A stretch of 64,000 bases of DNA, taken from an uncultured virus (IMG/VR IMGVR_UViG_3300042465_007039) (taxonomy: Duplodnaviria > Heunggongvirae > Uroviricota > Caudoviricetes). The stretch is from positions 1-64,000 of the IMG/VR virus record IMGVR_UViG_3300042465_007039; one strand, 5' to 3'. The notes beneath the pieces are model-generated. The model was not told where the DNA came from. It was given only the letters and a program-made list of their open reading frames with translations, and searched no databases. This document shows positions 39,668 through 48,902 of this stretch, piece after piece. Within the stretch, counting starts at the first letter, position 1. Every line of letters starts with the position of its first letter. Made by a program: the position numbers and the translations under genes.

Positions 39668-39878
39668 AATAATGGAAACAGCATCAGGTGGTGCGTCAGC
39701 AGGCGCCACCTCCGCAGGATCAATTGCAGTGGCGGTGCAACCCATGGGCATGATCTCAAGAAATGGCGGAAGCTTGCTGTCAGGTAAATATACTGACGAC
39801 CCTACGCCTAACACGCCCAAGGAATACAAAAGGAATAAAAATGCTCGCGGACAGTTTAAAAATACTCCTAGCAACTGA
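39654..39878 (+). CDS. small hypothetical protein
   Basis: MRAHEIME leader followed by Gly/Ala/Ser stretch; GGAG RBS. Confidence 0.65.
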   Translation: MRAHEIMETASGGASAGATSAGSIAVAVQPMGMISRNGGSLLSGKYTDDPTPNTPKEYKRNKNARGQFKNTPSN

Positions 39879-40281
39879 ATACGCTTTCGTGATCAAAGCG
39901 CAACAGTTTCACTGGAATGTAGAAGGCCCAGATTTTGTGCAACTGCATGAGTTCTTTGGCAACATCTACGAAGATGTCTACGGTGCAATTGACCCCACTG
40001 CTGAATACATAAGAACACTAGACGAGTATACTCCGGGCAGCTTTGAACGTTATGTAGAATTGAGTATTATTTCTGGACAAACAAAAATTCCACGTGCTAG
40101 ACTCATGATTGAAGAATTGCTGGCCAACAACGGTCAAATGATAGAACTCTTGGATCAGTGCTTTGCTGAAGCAGAGCAAGAAAATCAACAAGGCATTGCT
40201 GACTTTGTGGCTGGTCGTTTGACCGCACACGGCAAGCATGGCTGGATGCTAAAGAGTTTATTGAAAGATCAGCGAGCATGA
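39841..40281 (+). CDS. dps: Dps/ferritin-like DNA protection protein
   Basis: FHWNVEG, LHEFF, D..AE.IR.L, H.K..WML. Confidence 0.92.
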   Translation: MLADSLKILLATEYAFVIKAQQFHWNVEGPDFVQLHEFFGNIYEDVYGAIDPTAEYIRTLDEYTPGSFERYVELSIISGQTKIPRARLMIEELLANNGQMIELLDQCFAEAEQENQQGIADFVAGRLTAHGKHGWMLKSLLKDQRA

Positions 40282-40958
40282 GCAACGACATCAAAATGAT
40301 TCTGGACCGATTGGCGCTAGTAGAAGCCAAAATATCGCCTGCCATGCCCAAGATGCCAGGACTAAATTCACAACAAAAGTCTGTGGGACAATTGCCTGCA
40401 CTATTCAAACCCAAAAGTGCGTCTCCTGTATTGGGCAGCCGAACTGACCCAAAAAATCCCTTTCGTGGTAAATTGGTAGGAGACAGCCGTGAACCTCGTG
40501 CAACCAGTCTTGCTGAAACCATGCAAGAGATTGAAGAAGACATGCTGGGCAAGGTCAAACGTGACTTTGTGGATTATCTAGAGAGTTTAGAAGATCGCAA
40601 CAAGATTGACAAGGACTTGGTAAGCAAGGCCAAAAAAGAACTTGGCATGATCAGCAAGGCTGACGAAGATGTAGCAAATCCAGATTCGTTTCAGGACACT
40701 GAACTGGCACACGACATTGATCAAACTGCTGCCAGTCAAGCCGTGGCAGCAGAACAACCGGTCAAAACAGTGGCCATGGAAGACGGTGCTGTGTTGGAAA
40801 TCTACGGCGACCAGGGTCGAGGATTTGAAATACGGCACAGCGGTCGTAGTATGGCCACTCGTTTTCCCAATATTGATCATGCTGACCTGGCAGTGAAACT
40901 GTTCCAGCAACGTCGACGTAAACAAGATCTTTCTCGAGACTATGTTGACGAGGCCTAA
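40278..40958 (+). CDS. hypothetical protein
   Basis: 226-aa ORF with LVE, LAE, IEE motifs. Confidence 0.75.
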   Translation: MSNDIKMILDRLALVEAKISPAMPKMPGLNSQQKSVGQLPALFKPKSASPVLGSRTDPKNPFRGKLVGDSREPRATSLAETMQEIEEDMLGKVKRDFVDYLESLEDRNKIDKDLVSKAKKELGMISKADEDVANPDSFQDTELAHDIDQTAASQAVAAEQPVKTVAMEDGAVLEIYGDQGRGFEIRHSGRSMATRFPNIDHADLAVKLFQQRRRKQDLSRDYVDEA

Positions 40959-40959
40959 C

Positions 40960-41031
40960 ATGTTGTTTAATAATCTTTTTGAATCTGCCATACACATGCC
41001 AGCAGCATCTGCTGCTCCTCGGACACATTGA
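40960..41031 (+). CDS. 23-aa mini-ORF MLFNNLFESAIHMPAASAAPRTH (possible deletion remnant)
   Basis: GAGG RBS; starts 1 nt after upstream stop; leader resembles those of the modular proteins. Confidence 0.45.
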   Translation: MLFNNLFESAIHMPAASAAPRTH

Positions 41032-41117
41032 ACATCCTTAGGACCGCACTAGTTGCGTGATGTAGGCGGCTTCTGCCTTGGAGAAACAATTCGCTACTGC
41101 GTATCCAGAAAGAGCAA
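41032..41117 (+). ncRNA. candidate structured RNA (three abutting stems)
   Basis: ACATC/GATGT enclosing CGCA/TGCG; AGGC/GCCT; TGGA/TCCA; non-coding; no U tail. Confidence 0.5.
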
Positions 41118-41124
41118 TAATACT

Positions 41125-41153
41125 TTGACATCTCCTACTGTATCAGTTATACT
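41125..41153 (+). promoter_or_regulatory. sigma70-like promoter
   Basis: TTGACA-17nt-TATACT. Confidence 0.75.
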
Positions 41154-41177
41154 AGCTGAATACTTTAGGAGATTTCT

Positions 41178-41441
41178 ATGGACCAACCAAAAACATTCAA
41201 CGGCGATCAAAAGATCAAACTGATTCAAATTATCAATGAGGGCATGCAAGTGACTCAAGAAATTGAAACACTCACGGGTGGACTCAATGACACCATCAAG
41301 GCCATTGCAGAAGAACTTGAAATCAAGCCGGGTGTGTTGAAAAAAGCCATCCGGCTGGCACACAAAGCCGAATTTGGTAAAGCCAAACAGGATCACGAAT
41401 TGCTAGAAACAATTCTTGAGACTGTGGGCAAAACACTATAA
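41178..41441 (+). CDS. small helical dsDNA-binding protein (T4 DsbA/GapR-like)
   Basis: Coiled coil followed by AEELEIKPGVLKKAIRLAHK; AGGAG RBS. Confidence 0.55.
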   Translation: MDQPKTFNGDQKIKLIQIINEGMQVTQEIETLTGGLNDTIKAIAEELEIKPGVLKKAIRLAHKAEFGKAKQDHELLETILETVGKTL

Positions 41442-41512
41442 GTATTGCAGCAATACCGAGTCGCTCACGTTACGAGCATGAATCACGGCCCACCGGCCAT
41501 AAACGGAGATAC

Positions 41513-44176
41513 ATGAGTTATATTGACAGTCTTTTTGATCGTGCCCACGATCGCATTCACGTGGTAGAACGCCGCAATGGTACCCGAGTCTACAGAGAAT
41601 ATCCAGCAAACTTTGTGTTCTACTATGATGACCCCAGAGGCAAACATCGTAGCATATATGACACACCAGTGTCAAGATTCAGTACCAAAAACAACAAAGA
41701 GTTTCGCAAAGAAGTCAGCATGCATTCCAGCAAGCAATTGTATGAAAGCGACATCAATCCAATCTTTCGTTGTTTAGAAGACAACTACAAAGGACAAGAT
41801 GCTCCGGACTTGCACACAGCATTTTTTGACATCGAAGTAGACTTCAACAAGGATCGCGGATTCTCACCTGTGGACGATCCGTTCAATCCCATCACTGCCA
41901 TATCAGTGTACCTGAACTGGCTGGATCAAATGATCACCATGGCTGTGCCACCCAAGCACATGAGCATGGAGACCGCACAAGAACTGGTTGCTGACTTTGA
42001 CAACACATTCTTGTTTGAAGACGAGCGTGACATGATCAAGATGTTTCTGGACTTGATTGACGACGCAGATGTCTTGAGTGGCTGGAACTCAGAAGGCTAC
42101 GATATCCCCTACACCATCAACAGAACCATCCGAGTTCTCAGCAAGGATGATACTCGCAAGTTCTGTCTCTGGGGCCAACATCCCAAGAAACGCATGTTCG
42201 AACGCTTTGGTGCTGAACAAGAAACCTATGACCTGGTGGGACGAGTGCATATGGACTATATGCAATTGTATCGCAAGTATACCTATGAAGAACGTCACAG
42301 TTATAGTCTGGATGCCATTGCTGAATACGAACTGGGCGAGCACAAGACACAGTTTGAAGGCACTCTGGATCAGTTATACAATCAACACTTCAAGAAGTTT
42401 ATTGAATACAACCGCCAAGATACTGCACTCTTGGACAAACTGGACAAGAAACTGCGCTTCCTAGAACTGGCCAATGAACTGGCACATGCCAACACTGTGC
42501 TACTGCAGACCACAATGGGTGCTGTGGCAGTGACTGAGCAGGCTATTATTGTGGAAGCACATGAACGTGGCATGGTTGTGCCCAACCGCAAGCAACGCAA
42601 CGATACAGAAGACAATCAAGCAGCCGGTGCCTATGTTGCGTATCCCAAAAAAGGTCTGCATGAATGGGTGGGATCAGTTGACATCAACAGCTTGTATCCT
42701 TCAGCCATTCGGGCACAGAACATGGGGCCGGAAACTATCGTGGGACAGTTGCGCCAGACCATGACTGATCATTACATTCGAGAAAAGATGGCCAAGAACG
42801 GGGGCAAGTTTGCAGATGCCTGGGAGAACTTGTTTGGCAGTCTTGAATACACCGCTGTGATGAATACAGAGGTTGGCACAGAGATCACTATTGACTGGCA
42901 AGACGGCTCAGAAAGCACACATTCAGCAGCAGAGATCTGGAAACTGATCTTTGACAGCCACCAGCCCTGGATACTCACTGCCAATGGCACTATTATCACC
43001 TACGAGAAAAAAGGTATTATTCCCGGATTGCTGGAACGTTGGTATTCAGAACGCAAGGACATGCAGGCCAAGAAAAAAGCAGCAACAGATCCCAAGGACA
43101 TTGCGTTCTGGGACAAGCGACAACTGGTCAAGAAGATCAACTTGAACAGCTTGTATGGTGCTATCTTGAATCCTGGCTGTAGATTTTTTGACAAACGCAT
43201 TGGACAATCAACCACACTCACAGGTCGTGCAATTGCTCGACACATGGATGCATACATCAACGAGTGTATCACTGGCAAATATGATCACGTGGGTGAAGCA
43301 GTTATCTATGGAGACACAGACTCGTGCTATTTTAGTGCATGGTCTGTGTTGAAAAACGAAGTAGAACAAGGTCGCATGACCTGGAGCAAGGAAACTTGCA
43401 TTGCCTTGTATGATTCAATTGCAGATCAGGTGAATGATTCGTTCCCAGGCTTTATGGAGCAGGCATTTCATTGTCCGCGAGACATGGGCGAGCTGATCAA
43501 GTGTGGTCGTGAGATGGTTGCAGATCGCAGCCTGTTTATTACCAAGAAGCGTTATGCTGTGAACATCATTGACCTCGAAGGCAAGCGGCTGGATGTCGAC
43601 GGCAAGATTGGCAAGACCAAGGCCACTGGCCTGGATCTAAAACGCAGTGACACTCCCAAGGTCATTCAAGAGTTCTTGTTGGAAATTCTAAACAAGATCT
43701 TGAGTGGTACACAACGTGACGATGTGATTGAACATATTCGCAAGTTCAAGTATGAGTTCATGGAGCGGCCAGGTTGGGAGAAAGGTTCACCCAAGCGTGT
43801 GAACAACTTGACCAAGTATGGTGCTGCGGAAGCAGCGCAAGGTCGAGCCAACATGCCAGGTCATGTGCGAGCTGCCTTAAACTGGAACAACATGCGAAAG
43901 ATGAACGGCGACAACTACAGCATGCAGATTGTGGATGGCATGAAAACCATTGTGTGCAAGCTCAAGTCAAATGCGCTGGGCTGGACTTCAATTGGATATC
44001 CCACAGATGAACAACGCTTGCCCACCTGGTTTACAGAACTGCCATTTGACAACAGTCTAATGGAAGCCACAGTTGTGGATCAAAAGATTGACAACCTGCT
44101 GGGCGTACTGGAATGGGATCTGGCGTCTGTGACCAACACTGACAACACATTTACAAATTTATTTTCTTTTGAATGA
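41513..44176 (+). CDS. family B DNA polymerase
   Basis: Exo motifs FDIE, GWNSEGYD, YNRQD; polymerase motifs DINSLYPS, KINLNSLYG, YGDTDS, KKRY. Confidence 0.97.
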   Translation: MSYIDSLFDRAHDRIHVVERRNGTRVYREYPANFVFYYDDPRGKHRSIYDTPVSRFSTKNNKEFRKEVSMHSSKQLYESDINPIFRCLEDNYKGQDAPDLHTAFFDIEVDFNKDRGFSPVDDPFNPITAISVYLNWLDQMITMAVPPKHMSMETAQELVADFDNTFLFEDERDMIKMFLDLIDDADVLSGWNSEGYDIPYTINRTIRVLSKDDTRKFCLWGQHPKKRMFERFGAEQETYDLVGRVHMDYMQLYRKYTYEERHSYSLDAIAEYELGEHKTQFEGTLDQLYNQHFKKFIEYNRQDTALLDKLDKKLRFLELANELAHANTVLLQTTMGAVAVTEQAIIVEAHERGMVVPNRKQRNDTEDNQAAGAYVAYPKKGLHEWVGSVDINSLYPSAIRAQNMGPETIVGQLRQTMTDHYIREKMAKNGGKFADAWENLFGSLEYTAVMNTEVGTEITIDWQDGSESTHSAAEIWKLIFDSHQPWILTANGTIITYEKKGIIPGLLERWYSERKDMQAKKKAATDPKDIAFWDKRQLVKKINLNSLYGAILNPGCRFFDKRIGQSTTLTGRAIARHMDAYINECITGKYDHVGEAVIYGDTDSCYFSAWSVLKNEVEQGRMTWSKETCIALYDSIADQVNDSFPGFMEQAFHCPRDMGELIKCGREMVADRSLFITKKRYAVNIIDLEGKRLDVDGKIGKTKATGLDLKRSDTPKVIQEFLLEILNKILSGTQRDDVIEHIRKFKYEFMERPGWEKGSPKRVNNLTKYGAAEAAQGRANMPGHVRAALNWNNMRKMNGDNYSMQIVDGMKTIVCKLKSNALGWTSIGYPTDEQRLPTWFTELPFDNSLMEATVVDQKIDNLLGVLEWDLASVTNTDNTFTNLFSFE

Positions 44177-45117
44177 AACTAAGCGAAATAGTAGCATATT
44201 TGAATCTGCTGGAATCTCTGCAGGTGCATGAAGAGGCCAGCGAAGCCACACGTAAACTGGCCGCTGTGTTGCATGTGGTAGCAAATCATGCAGTGCAGGT
44301 CAACACTTGCAGTCAAGATCTTGAACAAGACTTTGACGCAGTAAAGACTGCTCTTGATAGTTTTGATACCACACTGACTCAAATAAAACAACGGCTAACT
44401 CAGATGCTGCATGAACAAGAGCCTGCGTACTTAACTGAAAGTTTTAGACTGTTTGATCAAGAGATGCGACACGACAGCGTAACATACACATTGAGTCGTC
44501 GTCTTGCAATTGATGCAGAATCTAACATTGTGTTGAGATTTCGATTGAAAAATTTAACCGACTGGCGCTGGCCTGGCATGATTATCGGCCCGGGTACAGA
44601 AACTTTTATTGAAGACCTAGTGCCATTGGATCCGTTGTATGTTGTGGACCAGCATGCAGATCTAATGTTGCCATCGGTGCAGAAGTTTACGGTGGAGTAT
44701 CAGCGAAGATTGCGTCAGTATGTGGTACATGATCATGTACCACAGCCAATCTTGAACGAGTTGCCCAATGGCCAATTTGGTTTGATATTTGCCTACAACT
44801 ACTTTAACTATCGCCCTATGGAAGTGATTCGACGATATCTGCAAGAGATTGCTGTCAAACTCAGACCAGGCGGCACGTTTATTATGACCTACAACAACTG
44901 CGATCGTGCACATGGTATTGGTCTTGCTGAACGATCCTGGATGTGCTACACTCCAAAAAGACTGATAGTTGCTGTCGCTGAATCACATGGGCTTGAACTA
45001 GTGAATAGCCATGACGCTTCTGGAGATGTCAGCTGGCTGGAATTTGTTCGGCCAGGCGAACTAGAAACCTTACGAGGCGGCCAAAGCCTTGCCAAAATAA
45101 TTGCTATCTCGCAATAA
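44173..45117 (+). CDS. coiled-coil plus degenerate SAM-methyltransferase-like domain
   Basis: FGLIFAYNYFNY and LRPGGTF; motif I degenerate (IIGPG). Confidence 0.55.
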   Translation: MKLSEIVAYLNLLESLQVHEEASEATRKLAAVLHVVANHAVQVNTCSQDLEQDFDAVKTALDSFDTTLTQIKQRLTQMLHEQEPAYLTESFRLFDQEMRHDSVTYTLSRRLAIDAESNIVLRFRLKNLTDWRWPGMIIGPGTETFIEDLVPLDPLYVVDQHADLMLPSVQKFTVEYQRRLRQYVVHDHVPQPILNELPNGQFGLIFAYNYFNYRPMEVIRRYLQEIAVKLRPGGTFIMTYNNCDRAHGIGLAERSWMCYTPKRLIVAVAESHGLELVNSHDASGDVSWLEFVRPGELETLRGGQSLAKIIAISQ

Positions 45118-45129
45118 ATCCTATATACT
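45101..45129 (+). promoter_or_regulatory. sigma70-like promoter
   Basis: TTGCTA-17nt-TATACT. Confidence 0.55.
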
Positions 45130-45148
45130 AACACACAAGGAGAATTTT

Positions 45149-45871
45149 ATGAAAGACTGTCTTAAAGACTTGGTAGAACACACATTTGATCTAGGCTGCA
45201 TTGACCTGGTCAAGATCACTGGCACGGATGCCGACACTGAGATTTCGGCCTTGGCCGAAGACCTAAGTGTTGTGGTGCAAGCAAAGTTTCACAACCCTGT
45301 GGCTGACTTTGTGGGCACATTTGGCATGCCTAATCTGGGCAAACTCAAGACCCTGCTGAACTTGCAGGAGTATCGTGAAGATGCCAAACTCAGCATCACT
45401 CGCAGAGTCGGTGGCGAACTAGATGGCATCAACTTTGAAAACAAAGCAGGTGATTTCAAGAACAACTATCGTTTCATGGCCGAGGGCATTGTAAATGAAA
45501 AGCTCAAGACTGCTAAATTTCGTGGAGCCAATTGGCACATTGAGTTTGAACCAACCAATGCTGCCATTCAACGACTCAAATGGCAAATGAGTGCCAACGC
45601 AGAAGAACCCAATTTCCAGGCCAAGACCGAAAACGGCGATCTCAAATTCTTCTTTGGTGACCACAGTACCCATGCTGGTAACTTTGTGTTCCAGGCAGGA
45701 GTAACTGGTCAACTCAAGCGTTCCTGGTCATGGCCTGCCCGGCAGTTTGCTAGTATCATGGATTTAACTGGCGACAAAGTTGTTCGCATCAGCGACGACG
45801 GTGCAGCACAGATCACTGTGGATTCTGGCATGGCAGTGTACAACTACATTCTGCCTGCACAGAGCAAGTGA
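45149..45871 (+). CDS. probable sliding clamp / polymerase accessory protein
   Basis: 240 aa with alternating beta/alpha pattern ending YILPA like PCNA/gp45-type clamps; near polB; clamp loader in window. Confidence 0.55.
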   Translation: MKDCLKDLVEHTFDLGCIDLVKITGTDADTEISALAEDLSVVVQAKFHNPVADFVGTFGMPNLGKLKTLLNLQEYREDAKLSITRRVGGELDGINFENKAGDFKNNYRFMAEGIVNEKLKTAKFRGANWHIEFEPTNAAIQRLKWQMSANAEEPNFQAKTENGDLKFFFGDHSTHAGNFVFQAGVTGQLKRSWSWPARQFASIMDLTGDKVVRISDDGAAQITVDSGMAVYNYILPAQSK

Positions 45872-46080
45872 TGGAAACCAAAAAAAGAACCATAGTCAGA
45901 ATGCTGACTTATAGATTAACTGCTTGGTCATTTACTATACTATGGACTTATATGTTTACAGGCAACATTGCCAATGCCACGGGATTTGCTACTGCACTAC
46001 ACATTCTTTTAAGCGTTGACTATTACATTCATGAACGAATTTGGCTCAAAATCAAATGGGGTCAAGTTGACTCAAGATAA
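45871..46080 (+). CDS. DUF2061-like small membrane protein
   Basis: ETKKRTIVRMLTYR and YYIHERIW..I.WG. Confidence 0.7.
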   Translation: METKKRTIVRMLTYRLTAWSFTILWTYMFTGNIANATGFATALHILLSVDYYIHERIWLKIKWGQVDSR

Positions 46081-46267
46081 TCTTATTGATCCGCTAACCA
46101 GGTACCGGGTATTACAAGAAGAAATAAGTATTCTTCAAGAACGTGTGCGCCCAACTGACACTGGGCACATACGTACTACAATTAGTCAATTGAGAGAACG
46201 TTGTGAAGAAATTGAAAATCAGCTTTCTCCTGATATAAAAACCTGGGTGTTATTAAATAAAAAATGA
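46067..46267 (+). CDS. small coiled-coil hypothetical protein
   Basis: ORF filling gap; probable TTG start. Confidence 0.55.
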   Translation: MTQDNLIDPLTRYRVLQEEISILQERVRPTDTGHIRTTISQLRERCEEIENQLSPDIKTWVLLNKK

Positions 46268-47958
46268 CCAAACAAGATAATCTCACTGCCAAGCAGAACG
46301 ACTATGCTGTGTTTCTGCCAGCCATTTCCGGTTTCTATGCCACCTTTGTGGGCAAACAACGCAACGAGCCGTATGTAGATCCTGCAAGATTTCCACAGGG
46401 ATTGACAGACATGGAACAGCTGAACTGGCTCAACAGTCAGAAGGCATTGTTTCCATATCAATGGAGTTTGTATTCAGCAGGACATGCCAACTTGGATTTG
46501 ACCAAACAAGATTGGTCTGAGGACATGGTTCGTAATCGCGAACCAGGCACGTTCATGCTGGGTGACTCTGGTGGATTCCAAATTGCCAAAGGTTTGTGGG
46601 AAGGTGAATGGCGTGATCCAACCAGTCAAGCAGTACAAGACAAAATGGCTGCATTGATTGCACAAGGTCCAACTGAGGTGATCAATGCCAAAGGTAAAAA
46701 AATCAAAAAAGACCCAGCAGCTGACTATCAAAAGTTGTTGGATGCTGCTCAGAAAAAACGTGACACAGTGTTGCGTTGGTTAGACAGCATTGCGGACTAT
46801 GGAATGATTCTTGATATTCCTACCTGGGTCATACACGATAAAAAATCCAGCCAGGCCTGTGGTATTAGCACACTAGATGAAGCTGTTGCAGCAACCAAAT
46901 ACAACAACTTGTATTTTATGGCACACCGTCGAGGTGCCAAAGAAGGTGGAGCCCGGTTCTTGAATGTGTTGCAAGGCGATGGTCATGCCAGTGCCGAAGA
47001 CTGGTATCAGGAAATGAAAGAATTTTGTGATCCTGCTGTGTATCCCAGCACACACTTTGACGGCTGGGCCATGGGCGGACAAAACATGTGCGATGTTCAA
47101 CTGATACTGACTCGACTGGTTGCACTTCGTTATGACAATCTGTTACAGCAAGGAGTGCATGATTGGATGCACTTCTTGGGAACATCAAAGTTGGAATGGG
47201 CTGTGCTACTCACCGTGATTCAAAGGGCTGTTAGAAAATACGTTAATCCGAGTTTTACTATATCCTTTGATTGTGCCAGCCCATTCCTCGCCACAGCCAA
47301 TGGTCAGGTGTATTATGAGAATGTGTTCGAACATGATTCAAAATGGTCATATCGCATGGCACCTGTGTTGGATGACAAAAAGTATTCACAAGATACTCGC
47401 AAGTGGAGTGCGGGATTGTTGGCTGATCTGCCGAGCACAAGTAATATCAAAAACTGGCAAGACAGTCCCATCAGTGACATGCTCAAGATGAAAGATATTT
47501 GCATCTACGGACCAGGTGATCTAAATAAAAATGGCAAAGAAGGCAAAACATCGTGGGACAGTTTTAGTTATGCGCTGCTCATGGGTCACAATGTTTGGAT
47601 GCACTTGACTGCTGTGCAGGAAGCCAACAGACGTTTTGATGCAGGAGAACACCCTGCTATGATGCAACGTGACGGCGGCGATTACGAGTATTTTGAAAAC
47701 ATTGTAGAAGAAATTTTTTCAGCACCAGACAGAGCCAGTGCTATGGCTGTTATTGAACGGCCTGCTTACACAGGCAAGACTGGTTACTGGAATCAGATTG
47801 TTGGCACCCGTGGATTCAAGGGCAAAAACACCACCAACTCTCATAGCCAATTTAATGCGCTGTTTGATTTAGAGCAAACCGATATTGACGATAATGCAGA
47901 CGATAGTGTACAATTGAATGAAGCAGCACTAACACAACTAGAACAGGATCAGACATGA
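46264..47958 (+). CDS. TGT-fold transglycosylase, DpdA-like (7-deazaguanine insertion)
   Basis: DSGGFQ, ILDIP, VLQG, GWAMGG, HFLG, SFDCAS, HN; neighbours folE, queD, queE. Confidence 0.8.
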   Translation: MTKQDNLTAKQNDYAVFLPAISGFYATFVGKQRNEPYVDPARFPQGLTDMEQLNWLNSQKALFPYQWSLYSAGHANLDLTKQDWSEDMVRNREPGTFMLGDSGGFQIAKGLWEGEWRDPTSQAVQDKMAALIAQGPTEVINAKGKKIKKDPAADYQKLLDAAQKKRDTVLRWLDSIADYGMILDIPTWVIHDKKSSQACGISTLDEAVAATKYNNLYFMAHRRGAKEGGARFLNVLQGDGHASAEDWYQEMKEFCDPAVYPSTHFDGWAMGGQNMCDVQLILTRLVALRYDNLLQQGVHDWMHFLGTSKLEWAVLLTVIQRAVRKYVNPSFTISFDCASPFLATANGQVYYENVFEHDSKWSYRMAPVLDDKKYSQDTRKWSAGLLADLPSTSNIKNWQDSPISDMLKMKDICIYGPGDLNKNGKEGKTSWDSFSYALLMGHNVWMHLTAVQEANRRFDAGEHPAMMQRDGGDYEYFENIVEEIFSAPDRASAMAVIERPAYTGKTGYWNQIVGTRGFKGKNTTNSHSQFNALFDLEQTDIDDNADDSVQLNEAALTQLEQDQT

Positions 47959-48452
47959 AGCGTGAAGGACATCAGGACGTCAAGTTGTTTCGTGGTATTG
48001 AAGTAGAAAAAACTCCTGCATACGGCAAGAAGACGCTGTTTGTGGTAGGTGTTCAGCCCACTGATCACATAGCTTCAAATTTGGAAAATTGTGAGCACAT
48101 CTTTTTTGGTGCCAATCACAGTTTTGATCCTCAAGATAATCTGGACTGGGCACGTTGGGAAGGCATGATTGGACATTTTCTTGCCAAAGGATATTTGTGC
48201 AGTCTTGATATCCCAATGAGCGCTGTGGAAGAATTTCACGAAAACGGTTTGTGTGAGTACCGAAACTTTATTCCGCAGATCAGGGTAAGCGTTCCATACA
48301 CCAAGTTGTGGAACTATAACACAATGATCAAGATTGACGACAACGACTTTGACGCTACCAATCCTGGTGTTTGGTGTCATAGTTTGCACAGCTTGATGAG
48401 CAGAGAAACATTCACTGACTGGGATCAGTACAACAAGGACCAAACCATATGA
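47955..48452 (+). CDS. hypothetical protein in deazaguanine cluster
   Basis: Coupled ORF; GIEVEKT, HIFFGANHSF, KIDD.DF..TNPGVW. Confidence 0.75.
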   Translation: MKREGHQDVKLFRGIEVEKTPAYGKKTLFVVGVQPTDHIASNLENCEHIFFGANHSFDPQDNLDWARWEGMIGHFLAKGYLCSLDIPMSAVEEFHENGLCEYRNFIPQIRVSVPYTKLWNYNTMIKIDDNDFDATNPGVWCHSLHSLMSRETFTDWDQYNKDQTI

Positions 48453-48892
48453 ACCAACAACAAAGATCAACTGTAGATAGAATTATGTCGGCCGCTGAAC
48501 GAAAAATTTGGGTAACTTTCTCTAAAGAAGGCATCCATTGCTATCCTGCTGCTGCAACTGATCCTGCCTTGGCCACTGGCAATGAGTACGATGTCAGCTT
48601 TTTGGCCAATCCTCATCGCCATATATTTCACTTTAGAGTCTGGATTGATGTTGTACACAACGATCGAGACATCGAATTCATTCAGTTCAAACGTTGGTTG
48701 GAAAATCTCTACAGAGATGGCACACTACAACTAGACTATAAATCTTGCGAAATGATGTCAGATGATCTGTACATTCAAATTGCAGCAAAGTATCCTGATC
48801 GTGCGGTCTGGATTGAGGTATCCGAAGATGGTGAAAACGGAGCTTTAATAAAATATCAAACTCACCGCCCTGTGCAATCTCTTGCAATTTAA
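48449..48892 (+). CDS. QueD-like T-fold protein (DpdL-like)
   Basis: LANPHRHIF matches the LxxxHRHxF signature recalled for DpdL; SCEM, EVSEDGENG. Confidence 0.7.
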   Translation: MNQQQRSTVDRIMSAAERKIWVTFSKEGIHCYPAAATDPALATGNEYDVSFLANPHRHIFHFRVWIDVVHNDRDIEFIQFKRWLENLYRDGTLQLDYKSCEMMSDDLYIQIAAKYPDRAVWIEVSEDGENGALIKYQTHRPVQSLAI

Positions 48893-48902
48893 GGAAAAAC
48901 AA

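Noticed and set aside
41029..41063. UGA followed by a stem-loop as a SECIS/selenocysteine signal
   Set aside because: Readthrough reaches TAG after six codons, so no plausible selenoprotein results
41513..44176. Intein or intron in the DNA polymerase
   Set aside because: Continuous ORF with all motifs in order and no intein terminal or LAGLIDADG motifs seen
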